Shown: piece by piece, positions 10,891 to 23,500 of the stretch | Layout of the letters: the number at the start of each line of letters is the position of its first letter | Position numbering within the stretch: the stretch's first letter is position 1 | NCBI GenBank assembly: GCA_010909165.1 | Contig: MU008177.1 | Coordinates: 248,001-312,000 of the forward strand | DNA from: Anthoceros angustus | Taxonomy: Eukaryota; Plantae; Anthocerotophyta | Length of the DNA stretch: 64,000 nt | Reading direction: 5' to 3' | Translations under genes and position numbers: made by a program | Notes under the pieces: generated by a model | What the model was told of the DNA's origin: nothing | The model's database searches: none | The model's input: only the letters and a program-made list of their open reading frames with translations

Positions 10891-12115
10891 AATCCTCTTC
10901 TATTTGTATATCAACAAATCATCCCTCAGTTTGAACTTGCTTCCTTTCTGCTCTATTCCATTAATCCAGTCCTGAACATCTGGATCCTGCACATATGCTT
11001 CCTTGATCTGTTTTGGTTCAACCAGCATTGCCATTGCCTTTACTTCCTGACTCTTTTTGCGACTCAGCGCATCCGCAACCTTATTCTCTTTTCCAGGTTT
11101 ATACTTGAGAGTCACATCATACATAGCTAGGAAATCTTGCCCGGGTGGAAATAGTTTCCACTCTATAACCCTGTTGAATACTCTGAACATAAGTTCTCCA
11201 CCAAGTAAGAGCGTACCCTTCTAAGAAGTTAACGATGTGATCTAGATACTCTTCCTGCGGAATCCTCTGCGAAAGTATCCTTCCAATGAGAAAACCATGA
11301 ATTGATTTTCTCACATCTCGTTCACCCTTATCGTGTCGAGGTCAACGCTTAGCCTCAACTTCTTGGGTCTCCTTGCTCTACTCTTTTCTGGGCCAGGCTC
11401 CAATTCGTCCTGTTCATCATCCTTCTCTGCTTCATTGAGCTTTCTTTTTCCTTGTACTTGTTGCTCTAGAGCTTTCATTCTCCTCAAAAGATTTTGAATC
11501 TTCTCTTGTGGCATGGTGACGGTCTTCGGCCCAAAGGTATCTGCCTCTGTCGTTCCAGGAATTAGTGGCTCCATCTGAGGCTCATCCACTGCGGTCTCCA
11601 CCATAGGAGCCTTCTCTTTCTTCCGCCGTATTCTCTCTGCTCTCCCTGGCTCTTCAGGATCGGCCATCTCCAGCTAGCGCCCTAGCTAAAAGATGCTTCA
11701 ACCTTGACCTCTGATACCACAAGTAACACCCCCTTTTCAACGAGGTGGGGCAGTCACGCAGTTAGCGACAAAAACATCACCAGACACCAGCACTAGGCCT
11801 CCAACTTACTAACTAGATCGAGGGCTGCATGCTTCTCATGCAAGGCTTCTTACTGTATAGTCTTTCTCGCCTCGACTAGTTGATCATTTTAATTGCAACT
11901 AATTAGGTGTACACTACCCACCTAAATAAGAAAGGGAATTGTACATAACAACGTCTCGTAGTCTAACTGGTGCAGTATGATCGTGTCATGGTAAAAGAAT
12001 AACTAGCGAACTCCTAATTTGCTAGTTGTTGGTCATTGGGACTAACATTCTATGATACATACATGGGTAGATATCGAGAGTGAAATTGATTTTAGTTCAA
12101 CCTCGAGGTTCCTAC

Positions 12116-14075
12116 TTATTTGAGTCGAGGTGGCGCTAGGGACCTTTGAGGACCATACAATGTGAAGTAAACTTTCCTGGCTCTAAAACTCAGGATAACT
12201 GACAAAATCAGACCCACCAGACATGTGCCTGCCATCACCAAGAAGATTCCCCGGAAGCACACAGGACCCTTGCAGACCAGAGGAGAATCGGTATCGCTCT
12301 CCCACAAAAAGTCACTGAAGATGAGTCCAGAAATAGGGTTCCCAGTCCCCAGCTGCTCTTGCTGCTTCCTCGCCTCACGATCATAAAGCCAGCCAGTCAA
12401 AACACTGGAGAAGAGAAAGGAGCCCAGTGGAATGTCCAGGATGAGGATGTTGTAGATCATGCCAAAGTTCTTCAGACCGAACAGCTCTGATGCAGTCGGG
12501 ACTGCCAGGGCGATGGTGGCACCGTAGCATGCTCCAATGAGCGCTGAACCCAGGTACATGGATCCAGGGAAACCTCCTGCCCAAAGCACGTACGCCAACA
12601 GCATGACACCATGTGTTACTGCCAACAACACTGGCCTTGGCAGGGCCCTCGACCTGCAAAAAAGGAAAGAAGCATGGGATTTAGTCCATAACTACCTGAG
12701 ACCATAAATGCTAGGAAGGTGAGATTGAAGTGGAGGGCACATGGAGGAACTCACTTCACTAAATGCTCCGACAGTGTTCCTGATCCAAGGCGTCCAACAA
12801 AACCCCCTATGCTCACAATAGCCACAAACGCTGCAACGTCCGTATAACCGAGGGACTCGCCGATCTGTCCGAGGTTGTTGATTGCTGTCATGCCTGGCCC
12901 TATTCCGCACAAGAAGATAACGAAGAGAAACCAGAAATCGATGTTCCTGACCGCAGCGGATATGGAAAAGTCCTCTCCCAGCTCTGCCTTTGCCGCTTCC
13001 GTGTGAGCATGGCCATTGGGCTGACCCGACTCACCCGCATTGTCGACACTAGGCTCAGCTCCAATAACCAGAGCGGGAGGAAATTCCCCACTCCCCGGCA
13101 CCTCTTCCTTCGCCTCCTCCGCACCTGCCAAGAGGGGCTCCCGAGCCCCATCAGCCTCGGTCGCCTTCCTGGAAAAGTTGTCCACGAGAAGCTTGATGGG
13201 GGAAGCAAGAGGGAGGGCCAGCAGCAGGAGCAGCCCGGCGGAGTAGATTTTGTTAAAGGAAGGGCCGAGCGCCGCGAACTCCCCAGCCAGCGTGTAGGCA
13301 AACAGGTAGGCAGCCAGGACAATAGCCACGACGTTGAGGAAGGTGAAATTCTTCTGCTCAAGCTTCTCCTCCGTCGCATCGGCCGCGGGAGGGACCGGGC
13401 GCAGGAAGATCATGGCAGGAATGTTGACGATGACCGGCAAGACCGCAAGCAGCACCAGAAACGAGCTGGGCTCGCTACTGAAAAGGGCCACAGTGAGCAA
13501 GGTGAAGATGGCGGTGCTGAGGGACACGATGCACTTGAGCAGCGCCACCACCAGCCCCCTGCTCCGAGGGAAGTTCCTCACCGTGGTCACCAAACACGCC
13601 GTGTTCATCCACGTCGTGCTGTTCCCCCCGAAGCACAGAAAAATGCACATCTGCAACCCACAAGCACGGCTTGAGCAAACACCCCCAGCAGCCCACCCCC
13701 GGCCCCATCGCACACACACACAGTCGAACGCACCTGCCAGTACGGCAACGGGCTAATCCTCTGGCTCACCACCAGCCACTGCACCCCGTACCCCACCGCG
13801 CCCTCCAGGCCCCCGATGGCCAGAATCGCCCAGGGCGGCAGGCGGTCCATGAGCAGCCCGGACACCACTCCGAACGACTTGCCCACATCCTTGGCGAACG
13901 CCAGCCGGGAGAGCTGCGACTGGTTCAGGTTCATCACCTTCTTCAGCGCCTGCGAGTAGTTGGCGAAGGAGTAGTTGTTCCCCGCCACGCTCTGCACCCA
14001 AATGGCAGCCACCAGGCCCACCCATTTGGTGACGATGAGAGCTCGCTGCGACGCCACCTGCTTCTGGTCACCCAT
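12116..14075 (-). CDS. NFD4-like / nodulin-like major facilitator superfamily transporter, 3 exons
   Basis: Exons 14075-13734, 13650-12755, 12653-12116 join in frame at GT-AG sites. Motifs WVQSVAGNNYSFANYS, AKDVGKSFG, WMNTACLVT...NFPRSRG, NNLGQIGESLG, SELFGLKNFG. Confidence 0.93.
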
Positions 14076-15029
14076 TGCCACCGCCCACAAAACCAAAGCT
14101 GCCCTGCGCACCTCAGCCCGCTCAACAAAGCTCCCTTTCAATCAGCCCCCGCGACTGCAGGCCTGCTTCCTGCTCCCTGCTTCCTGCGACCCAGTCCAGG
14201 CCGCCCTGCGGGCTGCAGCGGCCAGCCCTGAGGGCCGTCCACAGCTCCACACACGATCTCCACCGACTATTCGACGCGCCCAAATCTTGAAATCTGACAC
14301 AAACCCACTTTCCCCGATGCCCCTCCGGAAGCAGGGGACTAAAATACACCAACAGAATCGTGTGCTTCCCGCCTGGCGCCTGGCGCAGGCCCGATCAGAT
14401 ACCCAGCGATGCCACCACGATGCTCTCGGCCGAGAGCCGAGGGCCGAGCAGGAGAAGGGGAGAGGAAATTCACTGCACGTACGAATGTTGAGAAGTTACT
14501 GTGCAGTGTTGTGTGAATGGTGGCAAAGGCACTTCTCGTGCCGACAGCTTCACACACACGTATCGGGCGACCCTCCTTCCCGCTGCCGCTGCCGCTGCCT
14601 CTGCCGCTGCCTACGGGCTTGAAATCGTGTTTGGAGTTTGAAACTTCCCGGCAACAGCCCCAGAACCGACGGAAACCTCCGTCTGCGGAAAGCATTTTTT
14701 TTAATCTCATCATAAGTTACGTGCCAGGTCGGTGCTCCGGGCATGGGGCCTGACGCCTGGGCTTTTGGATATTCTGTAAATTTTGGATATTTGTGCTGGC
14801 TTTTCACATAAGGCCAACCAAGCACCTGTCGCTGTCCAGCTCCCTTTGTCGACATTTGGTGTGGGTCCGAGGTACTATCCGTATCTGCTGCATGCATTGG
14901 CCGTTCCCAGGAACACATCACGTTTCATGGGAACAGTGTCCGTGGACGTGGGGCGGGCCCCGCTCCCCTCACTTCGCAGCCTTCTCTCCCAAACTGCTCG
15001 CACCATGAGATATATATGTACCTAATTTT

Positions 15030-18000
15030 TTCAGGTAGAGGTTAGATAATAGGCAAAGCAGATTTGATTTTCAAACTAGGTATTTTCAAACTTGGTACAG
15101 TGGTAGGTAGGCCCTTTCATATCAAGAACAATGACATTCTTGAAGCAGTACGTAGTTTCAAGATGGGCGATCATGCGGGCTAGTCCTCCTTGGCTTGCTG
15201 CTCTCTTGAGGTTTGTCTCCCTTTGTCTCGGGGTAGATGAGATTTCCCCTCTCTTTTTCATACATGAAGTCTCCGCACCCCTTGGTCGGCAGCCCCACAC
15301 ATTGCAGAGACGGAGGGCATGATTTATAGCAAGCATTATGTATAGCTGAGAATGGGTAGCACCCCATCCAAGTCCCAAGGGCGTTTGATTGTGGAGTTCT
15401 TATCAACTCATGTCCGTATCATCTCATGTCCGGATATCACTCCTTGAGTGGAGCACCCACGTTCCCCATTAGATACATAATTTACTTATGATAAAGTACC
15501 TTCTAGTCAACAAAATAAACGTAGTTGTACATCAATGCTGATGATCTTTTGTACACAATTTTTTAAACTTGGGCAAGGACTATGATAAATTTTATCATTT
15601 TTGAAAAAAATAAAAATAATAGGCCAAATATATTTGACTTGTAGAATCTATTTTAAATAATTTAATTATAATCAATTATTATTTATTCAAGAAGAAAGAT
15701 AATTAGGTATACATACCCTTAAAATTAGGCATTCACTATGGGAATAGTTCAAAATGTGAATAGTCATCTAACTAGTTTAGTACAATTGTAAGAAAGTTAG
15801 TGGGGCTTGGAGCTAGCTTAATCCGTTAAAAGAAAGCTAGAGGAGGTTTTAAATGTTCAAGACCAATGCCCGAGTAGTTCTCAAATTTCATATTTAAAAG
15901 GCTTCAAAGTGATATTATCAAGATATTACCTAGAATCTTGTCTGATATCAAATGGTTTTTCATTTATCTTGTTATTAAAAAAATTCAAATTTTCTATTTA
16001 AGAGAAGAGATAGGTGAGCCCATCTAGGATAAATCCATGTGCAAAGACTTTTACAGGAAATAGTTGAACATACGATATTAAAAATTTTATTTTTCTAGTT
16101 TTATTTAAAAATAAAACTTGTAATACCACTCATATTTTGAATCTTAAGCTGATAATGCATGAGCAAAGGAAAAATATGTACCTAGGTACACCTTATTTGT
16201 ACGTTTCAGATAATTTAGATATCTTTGCACAAAGATACAAACATCAACCTATTATGTACTTTCATTAAGCTACTAATTAGGTAGACATTTGGTACTTTGT
16301 GATGTCATATGGATTTTGTATTTGTGAAATATTATACATATTGCATATCATATTTTAGTTACAAATGGTCAATTGATGCGTTGATGCTGTAAGTGATGGG
16401 AGTATATATTTGGTTGGACTATTCAAGTTGATGTTAACATTGGAAAGAATCATATCTTCTTTCTGTCATATGAAGTTCATCTAACATACTAAACAAATGT
16501 AAATTTGAAACATCAACTCTAAAATCAATGACAAGAACAATTTCTTGGTCATAAAACTTCATGATTCTGACCTAATTTACACAATCTCACTTACTAGATC
16601 TTAATAGAGCAAGAAAGCTAGTTAAAAAAGCTAGCTGAACAGGCTCCCGGTTGATCCGATTTAGGTGGTTTAGATATTGTTATATCTGTCTATAGTGACT
16701 TTTACTCTTTTCTTGCTTTTGGTAAAATTAGATGTTTGTACTCTTCTTCCTTGTTCCTGGATCACTAACAAAACTAGGTTTTCGCTTTGTTTCAGTTTTA
16801 AAACTAGGTTTCCGCACAGTGAGAGCAGTTCCATCAGGTGCAATCTTTGCAAAAGCAACCAGTTTTCTTGTACCATCTGGCTTACGTTCATATACATAGT
16901 AATTAGCAAATTGGGCCACTCCTGTTTCTGAGCATATCTCTGTATGTTCTATGACTTCTTCGAAACCACCTCCAAGATAGGAGGGTCGAGTTATAGTTTT
17001 CTTCTCAGTATGACCATGATGACCATGAGGCTGACCAACTATAGATGGCGTTCTTGATCTTCTTCTTGCTTCTGATGCTTTTCTTTTTGCTTCTGATGAC
17101 CTTCTTCTTCCAGCCATTTCAAGATTACAAACAGATAGAGAAAGCTAGATAGTTCATTCCATTTTACATTATCATACTATAGCAAGTATCATAATATGAA
17201 ATCATAATTAAAATACTCTTTTGTTCTCTGTATTTCGAAATAGAAAGAACAAAAACACAAACATTACAAAAGTTATAAGGTTATACATCTAGTAGTGGAA
17301 GCAGCTAAAAATATCATGGTAAGCTTTCCATAGTACCAATACTTTGGGTTAATAAATCATTTGCTTCGCTAATTTTAGACTAAATCAAGTCAGTACAATA
17401 TCATTTATCCTTTGATTGTATAGTATTGACATAGTATATCCCATATGTGTGTAAAATAATTTCTCAAATAAAACAATAACTTGCATTATCTAGCATGAAA
17501 AAAGTATCCAAGATTTTCTTGCTGAATAGAAAGATAACAAAGAGTTCACGATACATTAAACTTTGGACAAGGAGTAAAGTATATCCACAAAAAGAAACTC
17601 TAAGTTTGATCTTGCACGTATTGATGAGTGCAAATGATCTCTTCCATTGCAAGTAGTTTTACTCCTTTAGCTTGCAAATGCTTGCACCGGTCTTTATTGC
17701 TTGGCAAAATATTGCCTATTAAAACTAAGCTATAAAATAATAAGCATTGAATACGAACGAATTGATTTGTGTCGATATTGATAATGCAGGATTTACCATT
17801 GCTTAGAAGCTTGATCAAGTGTTCACACACTAGGACCTTTTTCGTGGTACAATTTGCACTCCATTGTCAACTTTGGTTGCCATGGTTGCCATTGTTCTAC
17901 ATTTGTCATGCTTTCCAGCCACTGGCTGGTGATAGCATAAGAGGAAAGTATACAACCTTCCGAAAGGGTACAAGCCCTAGGGTCCTAGGGCCGAAAACTA

Positions 18001-18060
18001 ACCAGGTCCAAACTAACTACCTAGTTCCTCTTGGTTATGTTAATTTACCTATCCAAATAA
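15030..18060. other. AT-rich island of unknown origin
   Basis: Abrupt drop in GC relative to the flanking genes, long A/T tracts, almost no ORFs. Confidence 0.7.
16728..17117 (-). CDS. Orphan 129-aa basic protein with Arg/Ser-rich N-terminus
   Basis: True ATG, uninterrupted 390-nt ORF in otherwise stop-rich AT DNA; MAGRRRSSEAKRKASEARRRSR. Confidence 0.5.
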   Translation of the reverse strand: MAGRRRSSEAKRKASEARRRSRTPSIVGQPHGHHGHTEKKTITRPSYLGGGFEEVIEHTEICSETGVAQFANYYVYERKPDGTRKLVAFAKIAPDGTALTVRKPSFKTETKRKPSFVSDPGTRKKSTNI

Positions 18061-18115
18061 AATTATGTGGGTGGGTATGTGAAACCCTGTGCGGAAGGAG
18101 CATCGACTGTGGCTG

Positions 18116-18668
18116 AGTTACTGGGCGCGGGGACCCAAGCTTTCAGCCAATGAGTAGGCAGTTGCATGCAAGCACTTTGTCCATGCCAGCCTGGGTCTTT
18201 GTACGAATACCTTTCACAGCCAAAAAAAACTGTTCAGAAGACAAGAAACATCAGCGCAGTATCATCCAGCTGAGAAGGGGCCTCCTACCAAGCGCATGCC
18301 GTCTCTCCATGGCAGCAACATCGTTTGCCATCACCCTAACAACAGCAGGCAGTAGCTTGGATCCAGTACCATGAAATCAGAGGCAACAATAGTTACTGGG
18401 CGCGGGGACCCAAGCTTTCAGCCAATGACTAGGCAGTTGCATGCAAGTACCTTGTCCATGCCAGCCTGCGTCTTTGTACGAATACCTTTCACAACCAAAA
18501 AAAACTGTTCAGAAGACAGGAAACATCAGCGCAATATCATCCAGCTGAGAAGGCGGCCCCCTACCAAGCGCATGCTGTCTCTCCATGGCAGCAACATCGT
18601 TTGCCATCACCCTAACAACAGCAGGCCGTAGCTCGAATCCAGTACCATGAAATCAGAGGCAACAATAG
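18116..18668. repeat. 275-bp tandem duplication
   Basis: AGTTACTGGGCGCGGGGACCCAAGC starts at 18116 and 18391; copies differ by scattered substitutions. Confidence 0.92.
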
Positions 18669-20599
18669 CAAGCACATTAACAGACCCTAGATCTGACATG
18701 CAATAGACAGCATCCATTCCTTCAGCATGGCCACACTTCCTGCACACGCTCCCTGCTCAGGGCCCTGGAGATCTGCATCATTTACTTTACACGGCCCCAC
18801 GGCAAGCCGCTGGATCCAAGAAGCTCCCTCAGGGCCACTCCGGGCGCCTCTCCCAAATCCTTCACTCTGCGTCACTCCAGCAACAGAGCCACGGCTGCCT
18901 CGTCTTCCGGGTACCGATGTTTCGGAATCATGGAGGTGGAAGGTCCAGAGAGAACGGCAGCTCGCAAGGGACAAGGCTTTTACATGAATATGATCACAGC
19001 CAAGCCGTTGCGAAATGCCGCAGTCTCAGAATCGTCTCATCTCCAAGCACACGGGCACTTGCCGCTGCCCCGCGCCAGACCTGGCTTTTCCCTCGGCTGA
19101 CGCAGTCCCTAAGACCGCGTGGCCGGGGAGGCGAAAGCTGCTAGACGCGGAAATGGAATCCGCTTTTAGGGCTCCTCTATGGTCACATCACGGATAACAT
19201 TGAGCGAGCTGGCATGCAAGAGCCTTTTCAGAGAGGACCAGTAAGGGCTAAGGAACGTGTGACAATGAGGGCTCCAGTACTCTCTGGGAAAAGGGACGCA
19301 TGACACTGGCAGTGGACGAATCGGCGGGCCCAGTTGCCCTTGTCCTTCCATCTACCCGTGGTGCTGGTGTTTGCTATCGTGAAAATCTCCATCTTCAAGA
19401 CATGCTCCAACGATTTGTTGTGCCTCCACAGTTTGTATGTCCATGGGCTACACCTCACTGCTCTGAAGTTGCATGTCTGCCGTAATGCATGCAATTCCAA
19501 CCAGCAACAGATGCAGAGTTGCTTGTATGTACCAATTTGTACGTGCCCCTCCTCCAAGCGTGTGCCCTATGTCCAACAATGTTGTACATAATAGTGCTAC
19601 TTGTCTCTCTGACAGCAGCTATGTAGCTTCCCCATGTGACTTGCTCCAGGTTTCCTGAAGGCTGCCATCCGAATGTGACAGCCTCTGCTGAAGCTTGGGG
19701 CATGTGCATATACCACATCCTGATTCTGCGTTTCTTTGCTCGGCACATCCGTGAACCTTTTCCTTTGGTTTGTTGTGTCGTAATCCGTCATCATCTGTAG
19801 TAGGCCCCAGAGTTCTGGTTTCAAAGGCGAACAACTTTGATCAGTCCGGGTAACGTGTTCTCAACATCTTGGAGCTACATCCAGGATATTAATGTGCGTT
19901 AATTGCATATCTTGGATGACTCCAGCAACACTTTGTACTGTGCAAACCCAAGCCTTATACATGCTTGTGATCTCACCCTTTGCGACATCAGGTTCCGGTA
20001 GGCGGTCTTCACCCCAGCATTTCCATGATTTGCACGCAGGCTAAGGGTAGGAGCTAGACCATTGGAGTCCACTGGTGTGAAACCAAAGAGGTCTAACTTC
20101 TATCTCCCGCGAAAAGGAAATCCCAGTGTCCTGAACCTTGTCTATGATGACGAGACGTCATACCAGATCCTGGTCTCTGAAGTCACCCCATGAGGATTAT
20201 CAGACTCCATGGAGATATGCCTCACGATGCCACAGAGAATAAGCACGAGTCTGATTCCTTGCGGAACTGAAATTATCGCCGCCTGTTGGATAGTTCACGA
20301 GCAGCTGGGTTGAGCGGGATGCAGGAGGGCGGTCTAATATTGCAGCCTTGTGCTTGGGCTGCCGGAGGCTGAATTGTAACGAATACGGAACCCTGAGGGT
20401 GAATGTTGTGTTGAAAAATCACTGCCCAACAGCAGCAGCAACAAGATGCTGCTGTAATGCGACGCTGAGATGGTGCTCCCGGGCGCCTTCTCCTGGACCG
20501 GCAGCTGGACAGCTTGTGATTCGAGGATGTTCTGCTTCACTTCCAGAAGCGCGTCCCAGCTACTGAAGCATTCCGGGTCTGGGAGGAGGGCTGTACGCC

Positions 20600-23500
20600 A
20601 TGGCAGCTAATTTCGAGGATGATGATGTGAGCGCAGACAGCAGAAGCAGCATGTTGTTGGGTGTTTGGCAGTGCCATATGTTGTGCTGATATGAGGTCGT
20701 TTATCAGGATTTCGACTGGGAGGCAGCTGTTGCGGAGATTGACGAAGCATGCAGGAGAGCTGGCAGAGCTAGTGCATCAACATCCTTTCCAGGGCCCAGC
20801 TCTGATAATCATGGCCGCCCATATCCACGGCCCTCACAGGTCTCGCTGTCACAAAATTCCTTTCGGCAGAGAACGCTGGATGGTTACCTCCGGCCTCAAG
20901 AAGTCAGGCAAGCTAGTCCACCGGCTTGCCACAATCTGGGAAATCCGGAAGAGCAGGACTGCGGCATTGACCCCGTGGCTGCCGCCACTTGGGTCTATCC
21001 AGGTCAGGGGTGGCCTTAAGTGCTGGAAACAAATTGGATGATGCTGCCCACATTTTCTGACAATGGTGCTTATTGTGCAAATCAGGGAATGTCACCAAGC
21101 GGGAGTATCAGTTTAACATATCACAATCAGCGCTCTTTTCCAATACTATTGTCTCCCTGCCTACCGGGCTCGGAAAAACTCTGATAGCAGCTGTGGTGAT
21201 GTATAATTACTTTCGATGGTTTCCCAGAGGTGAGTCGGGTATCATGATCCAATCCTTATCCTAACCTGGAATTTGTTGCTGACTCTACGATCTTTCTGCA
21301 GGGAAGATCATCTTTACAGCACCCTCAAGGCCGCTAGTTTCTCAGCAGATTGAAGCTTGTCACAACATCATGGGTATCCCTCAGGTTTGGTCATCGTCCT
21401 TTCCCAAATATGCAGCTACTATATCTTCCTTTCTTGAATCCTTGCTTATTTGAATCTGCTCAATCTTCTGGCTCAGGATCTTACAGGTTTAGTATTTGTG
21501 GCAGGCCATGACAATTGAAATGACAGGGAACATGACTCCTCAGAATAGAGCTGAATTTTGGCAGACTAAGAGGGTTTTCTTTGTGACACCACAAGTTCTG
21601 GAGAAGGATATACAGGCTGGTAGGTAATCTGTTATTCTACACATGACCTTTCCCTTGTATCAGAAACAGTTAGGACTTTGGTCATTCATTGAGGAGTCCT
21701 TCGGAAAGATGCTGACTGACAACTCACTGAGAATGAGCTCAGAGAAATGCGAACGGTCGTCCATCGAAGATGTGGTGTTCATGTTATGACTCTCTGGTGC
21801 TATTTTGTTGAAGGGACTTGCCCTAAGAAACTCATAGTATGCCTTGTGGTGGATGAGGCTCATCGTGCCACTGGAAACTATTCCTACTGTGTTGTTGTCC
21901 GGGAGGTACATCTGCACATTCATTTCATCTAGCTGCTCTGGTCACATACGTGTAAATGTATGTGCTAACAAACTTCATCCTCACAAACTGTGCAGCTGAT
22001 AGCAGCGGATGTGAAGCTGCGCATCCTAGCATTGACTGCGACACCTGGCTGTAAGTTTCTCTTGCAGGATAGATCAGTTGCGACCTTGGGAACAGGCGTA
22101 AGGTCTGTCAGGTCTTTATGTCAGTTAGGCTGCTCTAGACTCATGTCATGCATTGGAATTGCAGCAAATCAAGCATCAATCCAAGCTGTGGTTGACAATC
22201 TTCAGATCTCATGCTTAGAACATAGAGCTGACAATGATGCTGATGTTTGCCAGTACATTCACGATCGAAAGGTTGAGGTTATACAGGTAACGCAAGTTCA
22301 AACAGCCAAAGTCTTCTTTTACAATGTGCTCATTCAGGTCTCTGATTCATTTCACTTATCAGGTTGCACTGAGCAGGGAAGGCAACCGAGTGAAGGACAT
22401 GTTGTTGCAAGTCATGCAGCCAGTTGTAAAGAGACTTACAGCGTGTGGAGTCTTTTTCACTAGAGACTATACAATGGTGATAACAAACATTATAAATGAC
22501 CAAACACCCTGAGTGAGAGATGTTCATTGTCCGTCATTTAACTTTTTCTCACTCACAGAACTCGTCCTTTGACTTCCACACTGCAAGAAATAAATATAGA
22601 GAGTCTCCTCCAACAACAGGTGCTACAGCCAAGAAAGAAGTGGAGGATTCTTTTGCAATAGCTGTGACTCTTTACAATATCTATAAGCTGTTCCATTGTC
22701 ATGGCATTACTTGTGCTGTAGTAATGCTTGAGCGAAAGCTGAATGAGCCTGGGTAAGGTCTTAATTCTTCTTCTTGTGACTCGCATTGACATGAACTAAT
22801 TTGTGGTGGGGGAAGTTGGCCGGCTTGTTTTACTACGTGTTGTAATGCAGTACTCCAAGAGTTTCCTGTTGTTTAGATTGAAAAGAAGGCATGCTTACGT
22901 ATGTTCTATGGGCCTATTGTTTCCTGCAGAATATTTAGCCGACTGATGCTAAGAAATCAAAAGCTGCTCGAAGTAAAGCGGATAATGCAAGATTGTGTCC
23001 GCCATGGAGCTCCCAGTCCTAAGCTGAACAAGCTGGAGGAAATACTGCAGGACCATTTCCGTAATGTCCAATCCCTGACCATTCTAATCTTTCTTTTTCT
23101 GTTGGTATTGGACGTGTGTGTTGAGATGCCTGACACATAGACTAGCATCAAGCTGCATTCATAGCCGTCGGCTGCCCCTTTCCAGGTGTGCACAATCCAC
23201 GAGAAACAAGGGCTATCATTTTTACCAGCTTCCGGGAAAGCGTAAAGTATGCCTCATCGCCATGTTATCATTCTTTCTCCTTCATGTAACAGTTCAGTCC
23301 GTTGTTCCTCTAAGCACCATCTAATTGCTTGTGAACAGAGATATTATGAACGCGTTGACAAAGCAGGATGGTGATGTGAAGGCAATGGAGTTTGTTGGGC
23401 AAAGTTCCGGTGCGTGAGACTCATCTGGAAGTTAATCTGATCTGATGTGATTGGATTTGATATCCGATAAATATCAAAACAAATCCAACTACTTGATATG

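Larger units (their letters stand above)
9249..11804 (-). mobile_element. Internally deleted Ty3/gypsy chromovirus-type LTR retrotransposon
   Basis: 83-bp direct repeat 9249-9331 / 11722-11804 (2 mismatches); tRNA-iMet PBS TGGTATCAGAG at 11719-11709; gag remnant (FLEGYALTWW), RNase H tail (YKPGKENKVADALSRK), integrase (HDVPSAGHRG, SDRDPRF, FHPNTDG), GPF motif and chromodomain-like tail. No protease or RT seen. Confidence 0.9.

Noticed and set aside
17974-17991. GCCCTAGG-GT-CCTAGGGC hairpin as a Helitron 3' end of the AT-rich island
   Set aside because: The next CTAG is about 30 nt away and no matching 5' TC end or A/T insertion site could be fixed.
18690-20250. Decayed minus-strand coding sequence, faintly PPR-like (VTWGSYIAA, PEPDV)
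   Set aside because: Stops in all frames and motif matches too weak to call without an HMM search.
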